From: an uncultured Alphaproteobacteria bacterium | Lineage (GTDB): Bacteria > Pseudomonadota > Alphaproteobacteria > Thalassobaculales > Thalassobaculaceae | Length of the DNA stretch: 64,000 nt | NCBI GenBank assembly: GCA_937776645.1 | Contig: CALMRI010000010.1 | Span: 4,226 to 68,225, forward strand | Direction of reading: 5' to 3' | In this document: one piece after another, positions 19,892 through 31,851 of the stretch | Layout of the letters: each line of letters opens with the position of its first letter | Numbering within the stretch: the stretch's first letter is position 1 | The notes under the pieces: generated by a model | Told to the model about the DNA's origin: nothing | Database searches by the model: none | Seen by the model: the letters and a program-made list of their open reading frames with translations, nothing else | Made by a program: the position numbers and the translations under genes

Positions 19892-20740
19892 ATGGAATGC
19901 CAAACTCGCCTCGATCATGTGGTGATCAATGTGCGACGCGACATGGACCCGGCCGAAGCGCTGTGTCGCTCGCTTGGTTTCACCATCACGCCGCGCGGCT
20001 ATCATTCGCTCGGCTCGATCAATCATCTGATGATGTTCGATACCGATTATTTCGAGCTGATTGGGGTGCCGAAGGTGGGCACGACCAAGCGCGCTGATTT
20101 GATCACCGCGCCACTTGGAATTAACGGCTTGGTCTTCAAGACCGCCGATGTGGACGATACCCACGCGCATCTGGTGGCGCTTGGGATCGCCGGTGAACCG
20201 CCCCGGGCCTTCAGCCGACCGGTGGAACTGGATGGCGTTACCAGTGACGCCAAATTCCGCACCGTCACCGTGCGCCCGGACGTATTTTCCGCCGGCCGGG
20301 TGTATTTCTGTGAGCATGGGACGCCGGATCTGGTCTGGCGGCCGGAGTGGCAAGGCCATGCCAACGGGGCCATGGAGATCGCCGAGGTCGTGGTGGTCGC
20401 CGAGGATGTCCCCAGCGTGGCGGCCGAATACGCCAAACTGGTCGAGGGTGAGGTTGTGGTGTTGCGCGGCGGTGTCCGCGCCATCGATGTCGCCGACACC
20501 CGGCTAACCTTCCGCACGCCGCATGGTTACCGTGAGCAATACGGTGATCTGGCCTCTGACATGGGTGGGCGCGATTCAATCTTCGGCGCGTTGGTGTTCC
20601 GGACCTCCTCGTTGGCGCTGGTGGCGGGGATCCTTGAAGGGCTGCCGAACCAACCACCAGCGACGATTGGCCCCGAAGGCATCGTTGTCCGGCTGGCTGA
20701 ATATGATTCCGTGCTCGAGTTTATCGGGCCGGAGGAATAA
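19892..20740 (+). CDS. VOC/glyoxalase-like domain protein
   Basis: LDHVVINVRRDMDPAEALCRSLGFTITPRGYHSLGSINHLMMFDTDYFELIG resembles glyoxalase-like N-terminal domains. Confidence 0.6.
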   Translation: MECQTRLDHVVINVRRDMDPAEALCRSLGFTITPRGYHSLGSINHLMMFDTDYFELIGVPKVGTTKRADLITAPLGINGLVFKTADVDDTHAHLVALGIAGEPPRAFSRPVELDGVTSDAKFRTVTVRPDVFSAGRVYFCEHGTPDLVWRPEWQGHANGAMEIAEVVVVAEDVPSVAAEYAKLVEGEVVVLRGGVRAIDVADTRLTFRTPHGYREQYGDLASDMGGRDSIFGALVFRTSSLALVAGILEGLPNQPPATIGPEGIVVRLAEYDSVLEFIGPEE

Positions 20741-20743
20741 TCG

Positions 20744-21886
20744 ATGCCCGCCGCGTCGCCGGATCTGTCCACCCATCCAACGTGGATGGAGATCGACGCG
20801 GCGGCGTTGCGCGCTAATCTGGCGGAGATTCGCCGGCGGGCTGGGCCCGGCGTGCGGGTGATCGCGTCGGTAAAGGCGAATGCCTATGGCCACGGCATTG
20901 TTCCGGTCGCCAAGGTCCTGGCGGCGGCGGGTGTCGAGATGCTGGCGACTGGCTCCTTCACCGAGGCGACGGCGATCCGCGCGGCTGGAATCACCACGCC
21001 CGTGCTGATGTTGGCGGGCTCGCTGCCCGAGGGAATGGCCAAGCTGGTCGGCGCCGGGCTGATCCCGACGGTCTATGACATCCGGGGCGCCCAAGCGGTA
21101 TCCGAGGCTAGTGGGACCGAAGCGGCACCGATGTTTCTCAAGGTTGATTGCGGCATGGGGCGGCTCGGTGTCAGCCTCGCGGACGCGCCTAAACTGGTGT
21201 CTGACATCAGCAAGCTCGACGGTGCTTATCTTCAAGGTATCTACACGCATCTGTCCTTTAAGGACGCTGCCGGCATGGCCTATTCACAGGCGAGGCTGGT
21301 GCTGTTTTACGATCTGCTCCGGGCCTTGCGCGCGGCAGGCCACGACATTGCGATCAGCCAGGCGCTGGCCAGTTCAGCGCTGATGGTCGGTTGGCAGGAT
21401 GAGTGCAACGCGATTTGTCCGGGCCACTTGCTCTATGGCATGCCCTCTGTTGGCTCGGCCTTGGCGCCGCTCCAGGGTTTCACGCCCGCCCTCCATGCGG
21501 TGAAAAGCCGGGTCATTGATGTTACCGATCACCTCGGGGGGCCTTTGCCGGGATCAGGCGGCTACCATGTCAATCGACGCCTGCGCCGTACTGCCGTGGT
21601 GCCCTGCGGCCTGAATGATGGCAACCGGTCGGCGACCAACGGACAGACTGCCGAGGTGTTGTTCGGCGAAAGGCGGTTGACAGTCCTCGGCGGCTCGCTG
21701 GAACATCTGGTGATCGAAGTGCCGGACGATGTGCAGATCAGCATCGGCGATACGGTCTCGGTCATCGGCGGCGAAGGCGAACAGCGGATCGGTATCGCTG
21801 AATATGCCGAGTGGCAGGGCGCTTCGAGCATTGAATGCATGTTGTCGCTGAGTGCCCGGATGCCAGTGGTGATCCGAGGCGCATAA
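20744..21886 (+). CDS. alr: alanine racemase family PLP enzyme
   Basis: PLP-lysine motif VKANAYGHG, 380 aa, GGAGGA Shine-Dalgarno upstream. Confidence 0.85.
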   Translation: MPAASPDLSTHPTWMEIDAAALRANLAEIRRRAGPGVRVIASVKANAYGHGIVPVAKVLAAAGVEMLATGSFTEATAIRAAGITTPVLMLAGSLPEGMAKLVGAGLIPTVYDIRGAQAVSEASGTEAAPMFLKVDCGMGRLGVSLADAPKLVSDISKLDGAYLQGIYTHLSFKDAAGMAYSQARLVLFYDLLRALRAAGHDIAISQALASSALMVGWQDECNAICPGHLLYGMPSVGSALAPLQGFTPALHAVKSRVIDVTDHLGGPLPGSGGYHVNRRLRRTAVVPCGLNDGNRSATNGQTAEVLFGERRLTVLGGSLEHLVIEVPDDVQISIGDTVSVIGGEGEQRIGIAEYAEWQGASSIECMLSLSARMPVVIRGA

Positions 21887-22657
21887 TTAGTTCTCGGTTG
21901 GATCGTTCGATCTGCTAAGCGCATCGTATTTAGCCTGCAATTCCGCAAGTTCTTTGACTAGGTTGATGCGTTTACGGTTGATTTGGACCAGGAATTTATG
22001 CCGTGCAACGAAAATCCGCGGGTGGACGACAGAGAGCCGGGCGCGATCCGTCTGGTCGGCTACCCTGGCCAAATCCGGATTGCCGGCAAGGGCCTCGGGA
22101 GAGGCGAAGAGCAGTAGGTTTTGCTGATACCACCAGCTGATGGAAGGATCGCGCCAAATTTTGGGCCGAATCGGGTCGAGGGTGCGATAGCCGCGCCGTT
22201 CGAAGCGCTCCGCCCAGGTGTCCTGCCACTCCTCGTTGACATGACCCTCGCCGCCCTGTCCAGGGACGGCGGCGGAGAACAGCACGATCGGCGCTAGGGA
22301 TACAAGATCGTCGACGATGGACTCGGCACGGGCTTCCGGTAGGTGCTCGACGACTTCCAAGGTCATCGCCAGATCGTGGCGTCCGGCAATTGGTAAGGGT
22401 TGACCAAGATCAGCGGCCTTGAAGTCGCCTTCGGCGATCTCCAGGGTGGCGCGATCCACGTGACCCCCGTCAAGGCCGAATGTGCGTTCCGCGCCGTGTT
22501 CGCGGAATACCGACAACCAGATGCCGTTGCCGCAGCCAATATCAATGACCGAGGCGACGGGGCCGATTAGCTCCAGCACCATTGGCACGATGGTCCGGGC
22601 CGCGTGCCGCGAGGTCTCCCGTATATCGTCATAGAATTGTTTGTCGTAGTTAGGCAT
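21887..22657 (-). CDS. class I SAM-dependent methyltransferase
   Basis: SAM motif I VIDIGCGNGIW. It converges on alr with no spacer. Confidence 0.8.
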   Translation of the reverse strand: MPNYDKQFYDDIRETSRHAARTIVPMVLELIGPVASVIDIGCGNGIWLSVFREHGAERTFGLDGGHVDRATLEIAEGDFKAADLGQPLPIAGRHDLAMTLEVVEHLPEARAESIVDDLVSLAPIVLFSAAVPGQGGEGHVNEEWQDTWAERFERRGYRTLDPIRPKIWRDPSISWWYQQNLLLFASPEALAGNPDLARVADQTDRARLSVVHPRIFVARHKFLVQINRKRINLVKELAELQAKYDALSRSNDPTEN

Positions 22658-22752
22658 GTCGGCGACTTACCCATGTGGGCGCGAAATTGCAAGCGCGCGA
22701 GGAGCGGCGAATGGGGAAGGGCATGGGCAGGGGCATGGATACGGTCCGATTC

Positions 22753-25700
22753 TCACACCTCTCGCAGCGGCCTGTCCTCCGGAGCGAGCACCGGGGTCAC
22801 CTGCTGTTCCCCGACCCCCCCCATAGCTGCCGCCCCATAACCGCCGCCGCCCGGCGTCGCCATCACGATCCGGCTGCCGGGTTGGACGATGTGTTGGATT
22901 TTCGGATCGACCGACTTGCCGTCGATCTCCAACCTTCCCGGCGCGCCGACGCCGCCACCGGCGATGCCATTGGCCGGGGCCTTGGTGCGCTCGGCGAGGA
23001 AGGCGACAACCCCCGGCTTAGACCCGATATACTCCAACTCAACCTCCTGGCCCTGTCCGCCGGTGAACTGGCCGGGGCCGCCGGAGTTCTTGCGCAAGGC
23101 TCGTTTCAGAACCCGGATTGGCAGACGATGTTCGATTTCCTCGGCCGGGGTCGCTGAAATATTCGACGGCCAGCTGACGCAAGAAAGTCCGTCACCTTGG
23201 GCCGAAGCACCCATGCCGCCGTTGAAGAAGAACAGCCCGGCAATCGATGAGCCGTCCGGTTGACTGCCGTTGATATTGACGCACCAGATCGGCGAGCCAG
23301 CGCCGGCCAGCACCCGGTCCGGCGCGATCCCCGCCAGCGCATCCATCACCAGCGCCGGAATGTAATGCCCGGTGAGCACCCGACTGCCGACCGATGCCGG
23401 GTGGAGCGGGTTGACGATGCTACCCTGGGGCGCTGTCACGGTAATCGGCTGGAGCGCTCCGTCGTTGTTCGGCAGTTCCGGCGCCAGGGCGGCCTTAATC
23501 GCGTAGGAGGACATCGCCCGAGTATAGCAAAGCGGGCAATTTACAGCCTTGGGCACCTGATCGGACGAGCCGGCGAAGTCGATATGCACAGCATCGCCCT
23601 TGATCTCGACTTCGACCCTGATCTCCAGCGGTGTGTCAGCCAGGCCGTCGGTTTGCACCGTCGCGCCATAGCGCCCATCCGGGAGCGCTGCGATCGCTTG
23701 GCGAACCGCAGTCTCGGTACGCTTCCGGACGGCATCGGAAAGCGCGGTTAGGTCCGATAGCTGATAGGTTGCGATGAGTTCGTCAAACCGCCGTTCCATG
23801 ATGGCCAGCGCGCCCAGCTGTGCTTCCAGATCACCCTCGACCTGATCGGCCATTCTCACGTTCTTGCGCAGAATTGACAGTAGGGTCTGGTTTGGTTGGC
23901 CAGCTTCGTGAAGTTTTAAAAGCGGAATCTGCAAGCCCTCTTCATAGACCTCCCTGGGCTCGGGCGAGCGGATCTTGCCGCCGATATCCGGGGCATGCGC
24001 GGTACTGGCGGCGAACCCGACTAGAATTCCATGGCTGTAGAGCGGTCGGCAGACCGAGATGTCCGGCAAATGACCGGTGCCCATATGTGGGTCATTGGTG
24101 ATCAGTACGTCCCCGGGCGACAGGGTTTCCGGCGGAAAGGCGGCGATGAAATGTTTAACCGTGTCCGGCAGGGTGCCGATGAACGAGGGGATGCTATCGC
24201 TCGCCTGGGCCAGGGCGTTGCCGTTGGCGTCGGTGACGACGCAGGAAAAATCATAGGATTCACGCACCACCGTCGAAAATGCCGAGCGCAACAACGACGC
24301 CGCCGCCTCATCGACCGCTGCGATCATCCTGTTCCACAGAATTTCCAGATGGATCGGATCATCGAGATCTGCGGTCCCGGTCGCCCGCCCGCCCGCTACC
24401 GCGCCGTCGGCCAGCGTGATATCGATCACCATATTGCCGGCAGCATCGATCGACAGAGCGGCGTTTGGCGGCAGTACCGTGGTCGACTGACCTTCCTCGA
24501 TAATCGCGGCGCCGGTGAGGGTTTGGTTCGGCGCCAGCGCCGAGCGGGTATAAACCGGAACGTCTCGCGGGACCTGCCAGCCAGCCATTCGAGCCGGGCG
24601 GGCGCGTTCTGGGGCATCCGTCGCGGCGGGTTCTGAAAGTCGGGGGCGCAAACCCTCGGGCACCGTCGGTGCCTGAACAGTAATCCGCGCCGTCATCAGT
24701 TCGACCGGCACCGCGTCCAGCCTACGGCCATAGGCTTGCTCATGTGCGGCGTGGAAGGCCAGGGTAATCGAAAGCGCCGGATCATTTTCTGTCAGCGCCT
24801 GGGTGATGTCGACAACGAGTACGGCGCCTTGACCGGCATAGCGCAGCTCGGCGAGGCGGCGGGCGGTGTTTTGGGAATCGCTACCGGCCGACGCGGCGAC
24901 GACGGCGATAGCGTTGGCTTCCAAGGAGCGGTAGGTCGCGTCCAGGGTTGAGAAAGTCAGTGCGTTCACTAAGCCACCAACCGCTGCCGTCCGGTCCACC
25001 CTGGCCGGCGCCACCGCCAGACCCAGCGCCGAGGCGACGCCTGCTGCTGGTGGAATGATGACCCGGGAGATGCCAAGCCGAGCCGCGACGGCGCAGGCAT
25101 GGACCGGCGCGGCCCCACCGGTGGCATAGAGAGTATAGTCGCGGGGGTCGCGGCCTTTTTTGGCCAGATGTACCTGAGCGGCTCGCGCCATGGTCTCGCA
25201 AACCACCTCGTGGATGCCAAGCGCGGCATCTTGGCTCGACAAGTTCAAGGCTTTGCCAAACCGTTCGGTGGCGCTAGCAGCTTGGGCGACGTCGATGGTG
25301 AGCCCACTGGAGGAAAAGCCGGCGGGGTCCAAATAGCCGAGCAACAGATCCGCGTCGGTTACCGTTGGCTCGGTTCCGCCGCGTCCGTAGCAGGCCGGGC
25401 CGGGAACTGCGCTGGCACTTTCGGGACCGACCTTGAGCAGGCCGAGCGTGTCACGTCGGGCGATGCTGCCACCGCCGGCACCGATTTCGACCAGCTCGAC
25501 AGTGGTCAGATTGACTGGCAAGCCGCTGCCGGGGGCGAATCGCCGCTCGCGTGCGGCCTCGAACCGGTAGGCGACTTCCGGTGCACCGTTGTCGACGATG
25601 GCGATCTTCGCGGTTGTGCCGCCCATGTCGAAGGCGAGCAGGCGATCTTCACCCGCCGCGCCGCCAATCAGCGCCGCCGAAAGGGCGCCCGCCGCCGGGC

Positions 25701-26505
25701 CGGACTCCAGCAACTGCACCGGCACCCGCCGGGCTTCCTGGACATGGGTTAATCCGCCGTTCGAGAGCATCAACATCAGCGGGGCACCGATGCCGGAGGC
25801 CTGTAAAACCGAGACCAGACCATCAATGTATCGACCGGCCAAGGGTTTGATGAAGGCGTTGATCACGGCGGTCGAGGTGCGTTCGAATTCACCGGGCTCA
25901 CGACTGACATCGCTGGATAGGGTGATCGACAGACCAGGGTGGCGTTCGCCAACCAGCGCGGCGACTGTTTGTTCGTGCGCTGGATTGATATGGGCATTCA
26001 AGAAGGCGATGGCTATCGACTCGACACCGACGGCGGCAAGCGCATCGGCTGCCGCGATGGTTGCCGCTTCGTCCAAGGCCGTCAGCACCGCGGCATCGGC
26101 GCCAATCCGTTCTGGGGTTTCCAGACGCAATGATCGTTCGACCAAGGGGATTGGGAAGCGGAGGAACAGATCGTAGATGTCGTATTTTCGCTCGCGTCCC
26201 AGCTCCAGCGTGTCGCGGAACCCGGCAGTGGTGATCAGCCCGGTCTTAGCCCCCTTGCGCTCGATCACGGCATTGCTGAACAAGGTCGTGGCGTGGACCA
26301 CGCGGGCGATGTTCGTGCCGCCGCCAATCCTCGGCAACAGCTCAGCCAAACCATGCGCGACGCCCGTCTGAGGGTTCGCCGAGGTGGTCAACACCTTGGC
26401 GGTTTGGCAGGCGCCGGTTACTAGATCCAGGGCCACCAGGTCGGTGAAAGTGCCACCGATGTCAATTCCGAGGGTGTGTCGAGCGGTCGAGGTGGCGTTG
26501 AGCAT
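22753..26505 (-). CDS. fused hydantoinase/oxoprolinase (HyuA-HyuB fusion, 5-oxoprolinase-type, 1250 aa)
   Basis: The N-terminal half (LGIDIGGTFTDLV..) aligns with HyuA-type proteins. The C-terminal half (DPIHLEILWNRM..ITNDPHMGTGHLPD) aligns with HyuB-type proteins. Confidence 0.9.
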   Translation of the reverse strand: MLNATSTARHTLGIDIGGTFTDLVALDLVTGACQTAKVLTTSANPQTGVAHGLAELLPRIGGGTNIARVVHATTLFSNAVIERKGAKTGLITTAGFRDTLELGRERKYDIYDLFLRFPIPLVERSLRLETPERIGADAAVLTALDEAATIAAADALAAVGVESIAIAFLNAHINPAHEQTVAALVGERHPGLSITLSSDVSREPGEFERTSTAVINAFIKPLAGRYIDGLVSVLQASGIGAPLMLMLSNGGLTHVQEARRVPVQLLESGPAAGALSAALIGGAAGEDRLLAFDMGGTTAKIAIVDNGAPEVAYRFEAARERRFAPGSGLPVNLTTVELVEIGAGGGSIARRDTLGLLKVGPESASAVPGPACYGRGGTEPTVTDADLLLGYLDPAGFSSSGLTIDVAQAASATERFGKALNLSSQDAALGIHEVVCETMARAAQVHLAKKGRDPRDYTLYATGGAAPVHACAVAARLGISRVIIPPAAGVASALGLAVAPARVDRTAAVGGLVNALTFSTLDATYRSLEANAIAVVAASAGSDSQNTARRLAELRYAGQGAVLVVDITQALTENDPALSITLAFHAAHEQAYGRRLDAVPVELMTARITVQAPTVPEGLRPRLSEPAATDAPERARPARMAGWQVPRDVPVYTRSALAPNQTLTGAAIIEEGQSTTVLPPNAALSIDAAGNMVIDITLADGAVAGGRATGTADLDDPIHLEILWNRMIAAVDEAAASLLRSAFSTVVRESYDFSCVVTDANGNALAQASDSIPSFIGTLPDTVKHFIAAFPPETLSPGDVLITNDPHMGTGHLPDISVCRPLYSHGILVGFAASTAHAPDIGGKIRSPEPREVYEEGLQIPLLKLHEAGQPNQTLLSILRKNVRMADQVEGDLEAQLGALAIMERRFDELIATYQLSDLTALSDAVRKRTETAVRQAIAALPDGRYGATVQTDGLADTPLEIRVEVEIKGDAVHIDFAGSSDQVPKAVNCPLCYTRAMSSYAIKAALAPELPNNDGALQPITVTAPQGSIVNPLHPASVGSRVLTGHYIPALVMDALAGIAPDRVLAGAGSPIWCVNINGSQPDGSSIAGLFFFNGGMGASAQGDGLSCVSWPSNISATPAEEIEHRLPIRVLKRALRKNSGGPGQFTGGQGQEVELEYIGSKPGVVAFLAERTKAPANGIAGGGVGAPGRLEIDGKSVDPKIQHIVQPGSRIVMATPGGGGYGAAAMGGVGEQQVTPVLAPEDRPLREV

Positions 26506-26702
26506 GACAGTAGATCCTGGTTGGTGTCTGGAATAATTATGCTGCGATACGGTTGTGACGGGAACGGATCATGGTTCGGATGCCTGGACGCACCACCGAC
26601 TATGGAGTAGACGCGATCCGATGTCGTTCCTAGGGTAACGGTCATGACGAGTGCTCACTAGACTTGTAGATGTCTGGCGATAAAATTTTCGAGAAGTGCG
26701 CC

Positions 26703-27557
26703 ATGGCAATCACTGTCAAACGCCTCACTCAGCACATAGCGGCCGAAATTACCGGTGTGGATTTGCGTGAACCGGTTTCAGATGTTGATTTCCGGGACAT
26801 TCAGGATGCCTTCGACGAGAATTCGATCCTGGTGTTTCGCGGGCAGGACATAACAGACGAACAGCAAATAGCGTTTTCCGAGCGATTCGGCCCTCTGGAA
26901 CTGACCGTCAGTTCAAATCCTGCGGGCGCCGGAACGGTGGTGACGATCCTCTCCAATCTCGACGAGACCGGTGCCGTGATACCGTCCCAGGATCGCCGGA
27001 TGGTGTTCAACACCGGCAATCAGATGTGGCACACCGACAGCTCGTTCAAGGATGTGCCGGCGACAGCGTCATTACTGTCGGGGCGACAAGTGCCGCCGGA
27101 GGGTGGGGAGACCGAATTTGCGAGCATGCGGGCTGGGTTTGAAAGTCTGAGCGAAGACCGCCAACAGGCTCTTTCTGGATTGGTCTGCGTGCATGATTTT
27201 GCATACTCGCGCGGCTTGATTGACCCGAACCTGTTGCGAGATCGTGACAAGCGCGAGTTGCCGCCGGTGCGCCAGGCGTTGATCCGGGCCAATCCGTCGA
27301 CCGGGCGAAAGAACCTATTCGTCGGTGCGCACGCTTCCTATATCGACGGCATGCCGTTAAAGGAGGCGCGTATCTTGATCAAAGAGTTGAACGCGCATGT
27401 TATCCAGCCGGAATTCGTCTACCGCCACCAGTGGCGTGGGCACGATTTGGTGATGTGGGACAATCGGTGCGCCCTCCATCGTGGCCGTCCGTCGGACCCA
27501 ACCTTTGCTAGGGTTATGCATCGAACGACCGTGGCAGGTATCGGTCGCACCGCATGA
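26703..27557 (+). CDS. TauD/TfdA-family Fe(II)/2-oxoglutarate dioxygenase
   Basis: IAAEITGVDL, MWHTDSSF (HxD) and MWDNRCALHRG motifs. The start could be 26670 or 26703. Confidence 0.85.
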   Translation: MAITVKRLTQHIAAEITGVDLREPVSDVDFRDIQDAFDENSILVFRGQDITDEQQIAFSERFGPLELTVSSNPAGAGTVVTILSNLDETGAVIPSQDRRMVFNTGNQMWHTDSSFKDVPATASLLSGRQVPPEGGETEFASMRAGFESLSEDRQQALSGLVCVHDFAYSRGLIDPNLLRDRDKRELPPVRQALIRANPSTGRKNLFVGAHASYIDGMPLKEARILIKELNAHVIQPEFVYRHQWRGHDLVMWDNRCALHRGRPSDPTFARVMHRTTVAGIGRTA

Positions 27558-27676
27558 AGGAGAGGCAAGGAGATGAAGTTCCGAATTTGGCGATGATGTG
27601 GACGGGACCACGAAATTCATGCTGATTTCGGTTTTAAAGCACCGCGTTGAAGCCGCCGTGGAAAAGGTTGTATTGA

Positions 27677-28438
27677 ATGGATTTTCAGGAATTGTTGGTC
27701 GCGGATCTGGCCGAGTTGGACCCGCAGGCACCGGATAGTCTGAAGGAAATTGCGTACCACCGGTTGGAAGAGAAGCTGGTCCGGTTGGATTTCGCGCCTG
27801 GCTCCGTGGTGACCGAAAAGGACTTAGCGGAATCGATCGGCATCGGTCGCACGCCGGTTCGCGAGGCGATCCAGAGATTGGCGATGGCCGGTCTTCTGGT
27901 GGTGTTGCCGCGACGCGGCATCCGGGTCTCGGATGTGGATTCCGGCGCGGTGCTGCGGATGGTGGAAGTTGGTCGTGGTTTGGATGACGCGGTGGCGCGC
28001 GGCGCCGCGGTCAGGGCGGACCCGCTGCAACGCAAGGAATTCCTGCGTGTCGCCGCGGAATTCGAGGCGGCCTCGGCACGACGCGACCCCATCGGCGTCC
28101 TGCGCTGCGATAGTGAGTTCAACAATCTCTGCATCTCGGCGATGAACAACGAGCACGCCACCAAGATGTGCCGCTTGCTGTACCCCTTGTCGCGCCGGTT
28201 CTGGTTTAGCCACCATGGACGCGCCGGGGATATCAAGCTCGGTCCAAGATTGCATGCCCAGGCCGCACGCGCCGTCGCCGAGGGTGACCCTGACAAGGCC
28301 GCCACCGCCTTTCGGTCGGATCAACGACTATCTGGAAAGCTTCATTCGCGTCAATATGTATCAATAGACGAGCCGTTTAAGCTCAAGCCGCTCTTGCGCG
28401 TTGGCAGGGGTGGTGGCAGTGTCCGGCGTCATGAGTGA
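27677..28438 (+). CDS. GntR-family transcriptional regulator (FadR/FCD type)
   Basis: Winged-HTH segment EKDLAESIGIGRTPVREAIQRLAMAGLL followed by a helical FCD-like domain. The last 40 aa or so look non-native; an alternative frame reads INDYLESFIRVNMYQ* and ends at 28367. Confidence 0.75.
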   Translation: MDFQELLVADLAELDPQAPDSLKEIAYHRLEEKLVRLDFAPGSVVTEKDLAESIGIGRTPVREAIQRLAMAGLLVVLPRRGIRVSDVDSGAVLRMVEVGRGLDDAVARGAAVRADPLQRKEFLRVAAEFEAASARRDPIGVLRCDSEFNNLCISAMNNEHATKMCRLLYPLSRRFWFSHHGRAGDIKLGPRLHAQAARAVAEGDPDKAATAFRSDQRLSGKLHSRQYVSIDEPFKLKPLLRVGRGGGSVRRHE

Positions 28439-29509
28439 GCGAGTTTCCGACGATCTATTATGGGATATCTGGTACTTCGCGCTGCCATCAGCGTCGTTGG
28501 CGCCCGGTCGTCTGGTTGCGCGCACGCTGTTGGGCGAGCCGGTGGTCTTTGGACGCCAACCCGATGGCATCGCCTTCGCTCTGCGTGATATCTGTCCACA
28601 CCGTGGCATCCCCCTCAGCGATGGCCGTATGACCCGCGGTGAGGTTGAGTGCTGTTACCATGGCTGGCGCCTTGGCGCCGACGGTGTGTGCACCAGCATT
28701 CCCTCGTTGGTCGGCGGCCAGGAGGTGGACGTGTCGCGGATACGGGTCCAGCGCTATCCGATCAGCGAAGCGGCGGGGTGTCTTTGGATTTTCATGACCT
28801 CGGATCCGGCCAAGGCGACCGACCCGCCGCCACCGCCGACGTTGCTGCCGGTGGCCGACCGACCGAAACTGATAGAAGCTCTCGAATTCCCCTGCCATGT
28901 CGACCATGCGGTCGTCGGACTGATGGACCCGGCGCATGGCCTTTCGCGCATAGACCCTGGTGGTGGCGCTCCCGCCGGTCGGTCCACGCCAAGGAAAAGC
29001 GTTTTGGCCCATCTGAGCTTGGCTTTTCGATGCTGCGCCACGCACCGTCCAGCAATTCGGCGGCCTACAAACTGTTGGGCGGCGAGATGACCACCGAGAT
29101 CTCGTTTCGACTGCCGGGCATCCGCATTGAGCATGTCGAGGCTGGGCGGAACGCGCTTGTCGGTCTAACGGCGGTAACGCCGACCACGACCGAGACAACC
29201 ATCACCCGTCAATTGATGCACTGGACCATGCCCTGGCTTTCGGCTGAAGCCGGTCTGCGCCCCTTCGTGCGAAAATTTTTGCGCCAGGATCGCGATATCG
29301 TTCTCAAACAGCAACGCAGCCTCAGCCACGATCCGACCTTATTATTAATCAACGGCGCCGATGTTCAAGCGAAATGGTATTACCGTTTGGAGAAGGCTGA
29401 CGCCCAATCGCTAAAGGGTGGCGAGCCGTTCGAGAACCCCTTTGCGCGAGACGCACTTTGCGTTGGCGTAGCTAAGGTCAGCGACGATGCAATATCTCCG
29501 TTTCGTTAA
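28431..29509 (+). pseudogene. Rieske [2Fe-2S] non-haem-iron oxygenase (PaO/vanillate-demethylase-like alpha subunit), frameshifted
   Basis: Rieske motif CPHRG...CCYHGW in the frame of ORF 28401... The conserved continuation PFAHRPWWWRSRRSVHAKEKRF and the C-terminal domain are in the frame of ORF 28649... The junction is at about 28938-28942. Confidence 0.75.
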
Positions 29510-30731
29510 AAGCAATCTCAGGTTTCTCGGTTTTGGCTATCTGATTGCCTTCATTTCGACCTTCGGGCAGACCTTTTATATCGCGATGTATAGTGGCGAG
29601 TTGCGCGCCGCTTTCGATCTCAGCCATGGTGATTTCGGGAACATTTATGCAATCGGAACGCTGAGCAGCGGCATGTTGCTTATATGGGTCGGCAAGTTGA
29701 TCGATCGGATTGACCTTAGGATTTATTCCCTGCTGCTCTGCGCAGGAATGGCGCTGGCGTGTGCCGTGATGTCCTTCGCCCAAGGGGTGGTGATGCTGAC
29801 GATCGCGATCTTCCTGCTGCGGATCACCGGGCAGGGGCTGCTGAGCCAAGCGGCGACGGTGACCATGGCGCGGTATTTCGATGACTTCAGCCGGGGGCGG
29901 GCGGTCAGTCTTGCAGCGCTTGGATTTCCGACTGGCCAGGCGTTGTTTCCTGCCATTTCGGTGGTGGTTCTGGTCTGGTTACCGTGGCGTGACGCCTGGC
30001 TGGCCAGCGCCGTTGCGTTGATAACCGTGATCCCGCCGCTGCTACTGTGTTTGCTCAAGGGTCATGGCGCACGGCATGTGGCGTTCCTGGAACGTGCCGG
30101 CGGGCTGAAAGACCGGGCCGCCACCGCCGCCCGGCGACAATGGACCCGGACACAAGTGCTTCGCGACGCCCGTTTTTTTCTGGCGATGATCGCAATGATG
30201 TCCACCGCCTTCATCATCACCGGCCTGAATCTTCACCAAGTGCATTTGGTCGAAAGCAAGGGCTGGGAGCTGTCGATCTATGCGTCCTCATTCGCCATCT
30301 ATGCGGTCTGTCAGGTCGGCATATCGGTGGTCACCGGCATGCTCGTCGATCGCTATGGGGCGATCTGGATAACGCCGTTTTATATGCTGCCGTTGGTCGG
30401 TGCGACATTCGTTATCGCCGGGTTTGATTCGCCGCTCGCCATCTTTGCCTTCATGGCGCTTGCCGGGACCACTGGCGGGGCTGGGGCCACCATCGTTTCG
30501 ACGATCTGGGTGGAGCTGTATGGCGCCCTGCATCTGGGATCGATTAAGGCGATGGTCGCCGGCATTCAGGTAATTTCAAGCGCGTTGGGACCAGCGGTGT
30601 TCGGTTGGTTGATCGATGGTGGTGTCAGCATCGAGGCGATCTCCGTCGTCTGCGGTGTCTACGCCTTCGGCGGTTGCGTCCTGCTGGCGGCGCTATTCAG
30701 GCCACGATTACTGACATTCTGGCGGGCCTGA
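29487..30731 (+). CDS. MFS transporter
   Basis: 414 aa with about 12 hydrophobic segments and the typical loop GKLIDRIDLR. Confidence 0.8.
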   Translation: MQYLRFVKSNLRFLGFGYLIAFISTFGQTFYIAMYSGELRAAFDLSHGDFGNIYAIGTLSSGMLLIWVGKLIDRIDLRIYSLLLCAGMALACAVMSFAQGVVMLTIAIFLLRITGQGLLSQAATVTMARYFDDFSRGRAVSLAALGFPTGQALFPAISVVVLVWLPWRDAWLASAVALITVIPPLLLCLLKGHGARHVAFLERAGGLKDRAATAARRQWTRTQVLRDARFFLAMIAMMSTAFIITGLNLHQVHLVESKGWELSIYASSFAIYAVCQVGISVVTGMLVDRYGAIWITPFYMLPLVGATFVIAGFDSPLAIFAFMALAGTTGGAGATIVSTIWVELYGALHLGSIKAMVAGIQVISSALGPAVFGWLIDGGVSIEAISVVCGVYAFGGCVLLAALFRPRLLTFWRA

Positions 30732-30752
30732 GCTTTTCGGTTGTGGTGATCG

Positions 30753-31775
<1,023 letters not shown>

Positions 31776-31851
31776 CCGGTCTTTCGATTGAGGTTGGCGG
31801 ATGCGCCAATGTAGATTGTGATACGCGGCCAAGCGCTGGTCAATCGAGTGG

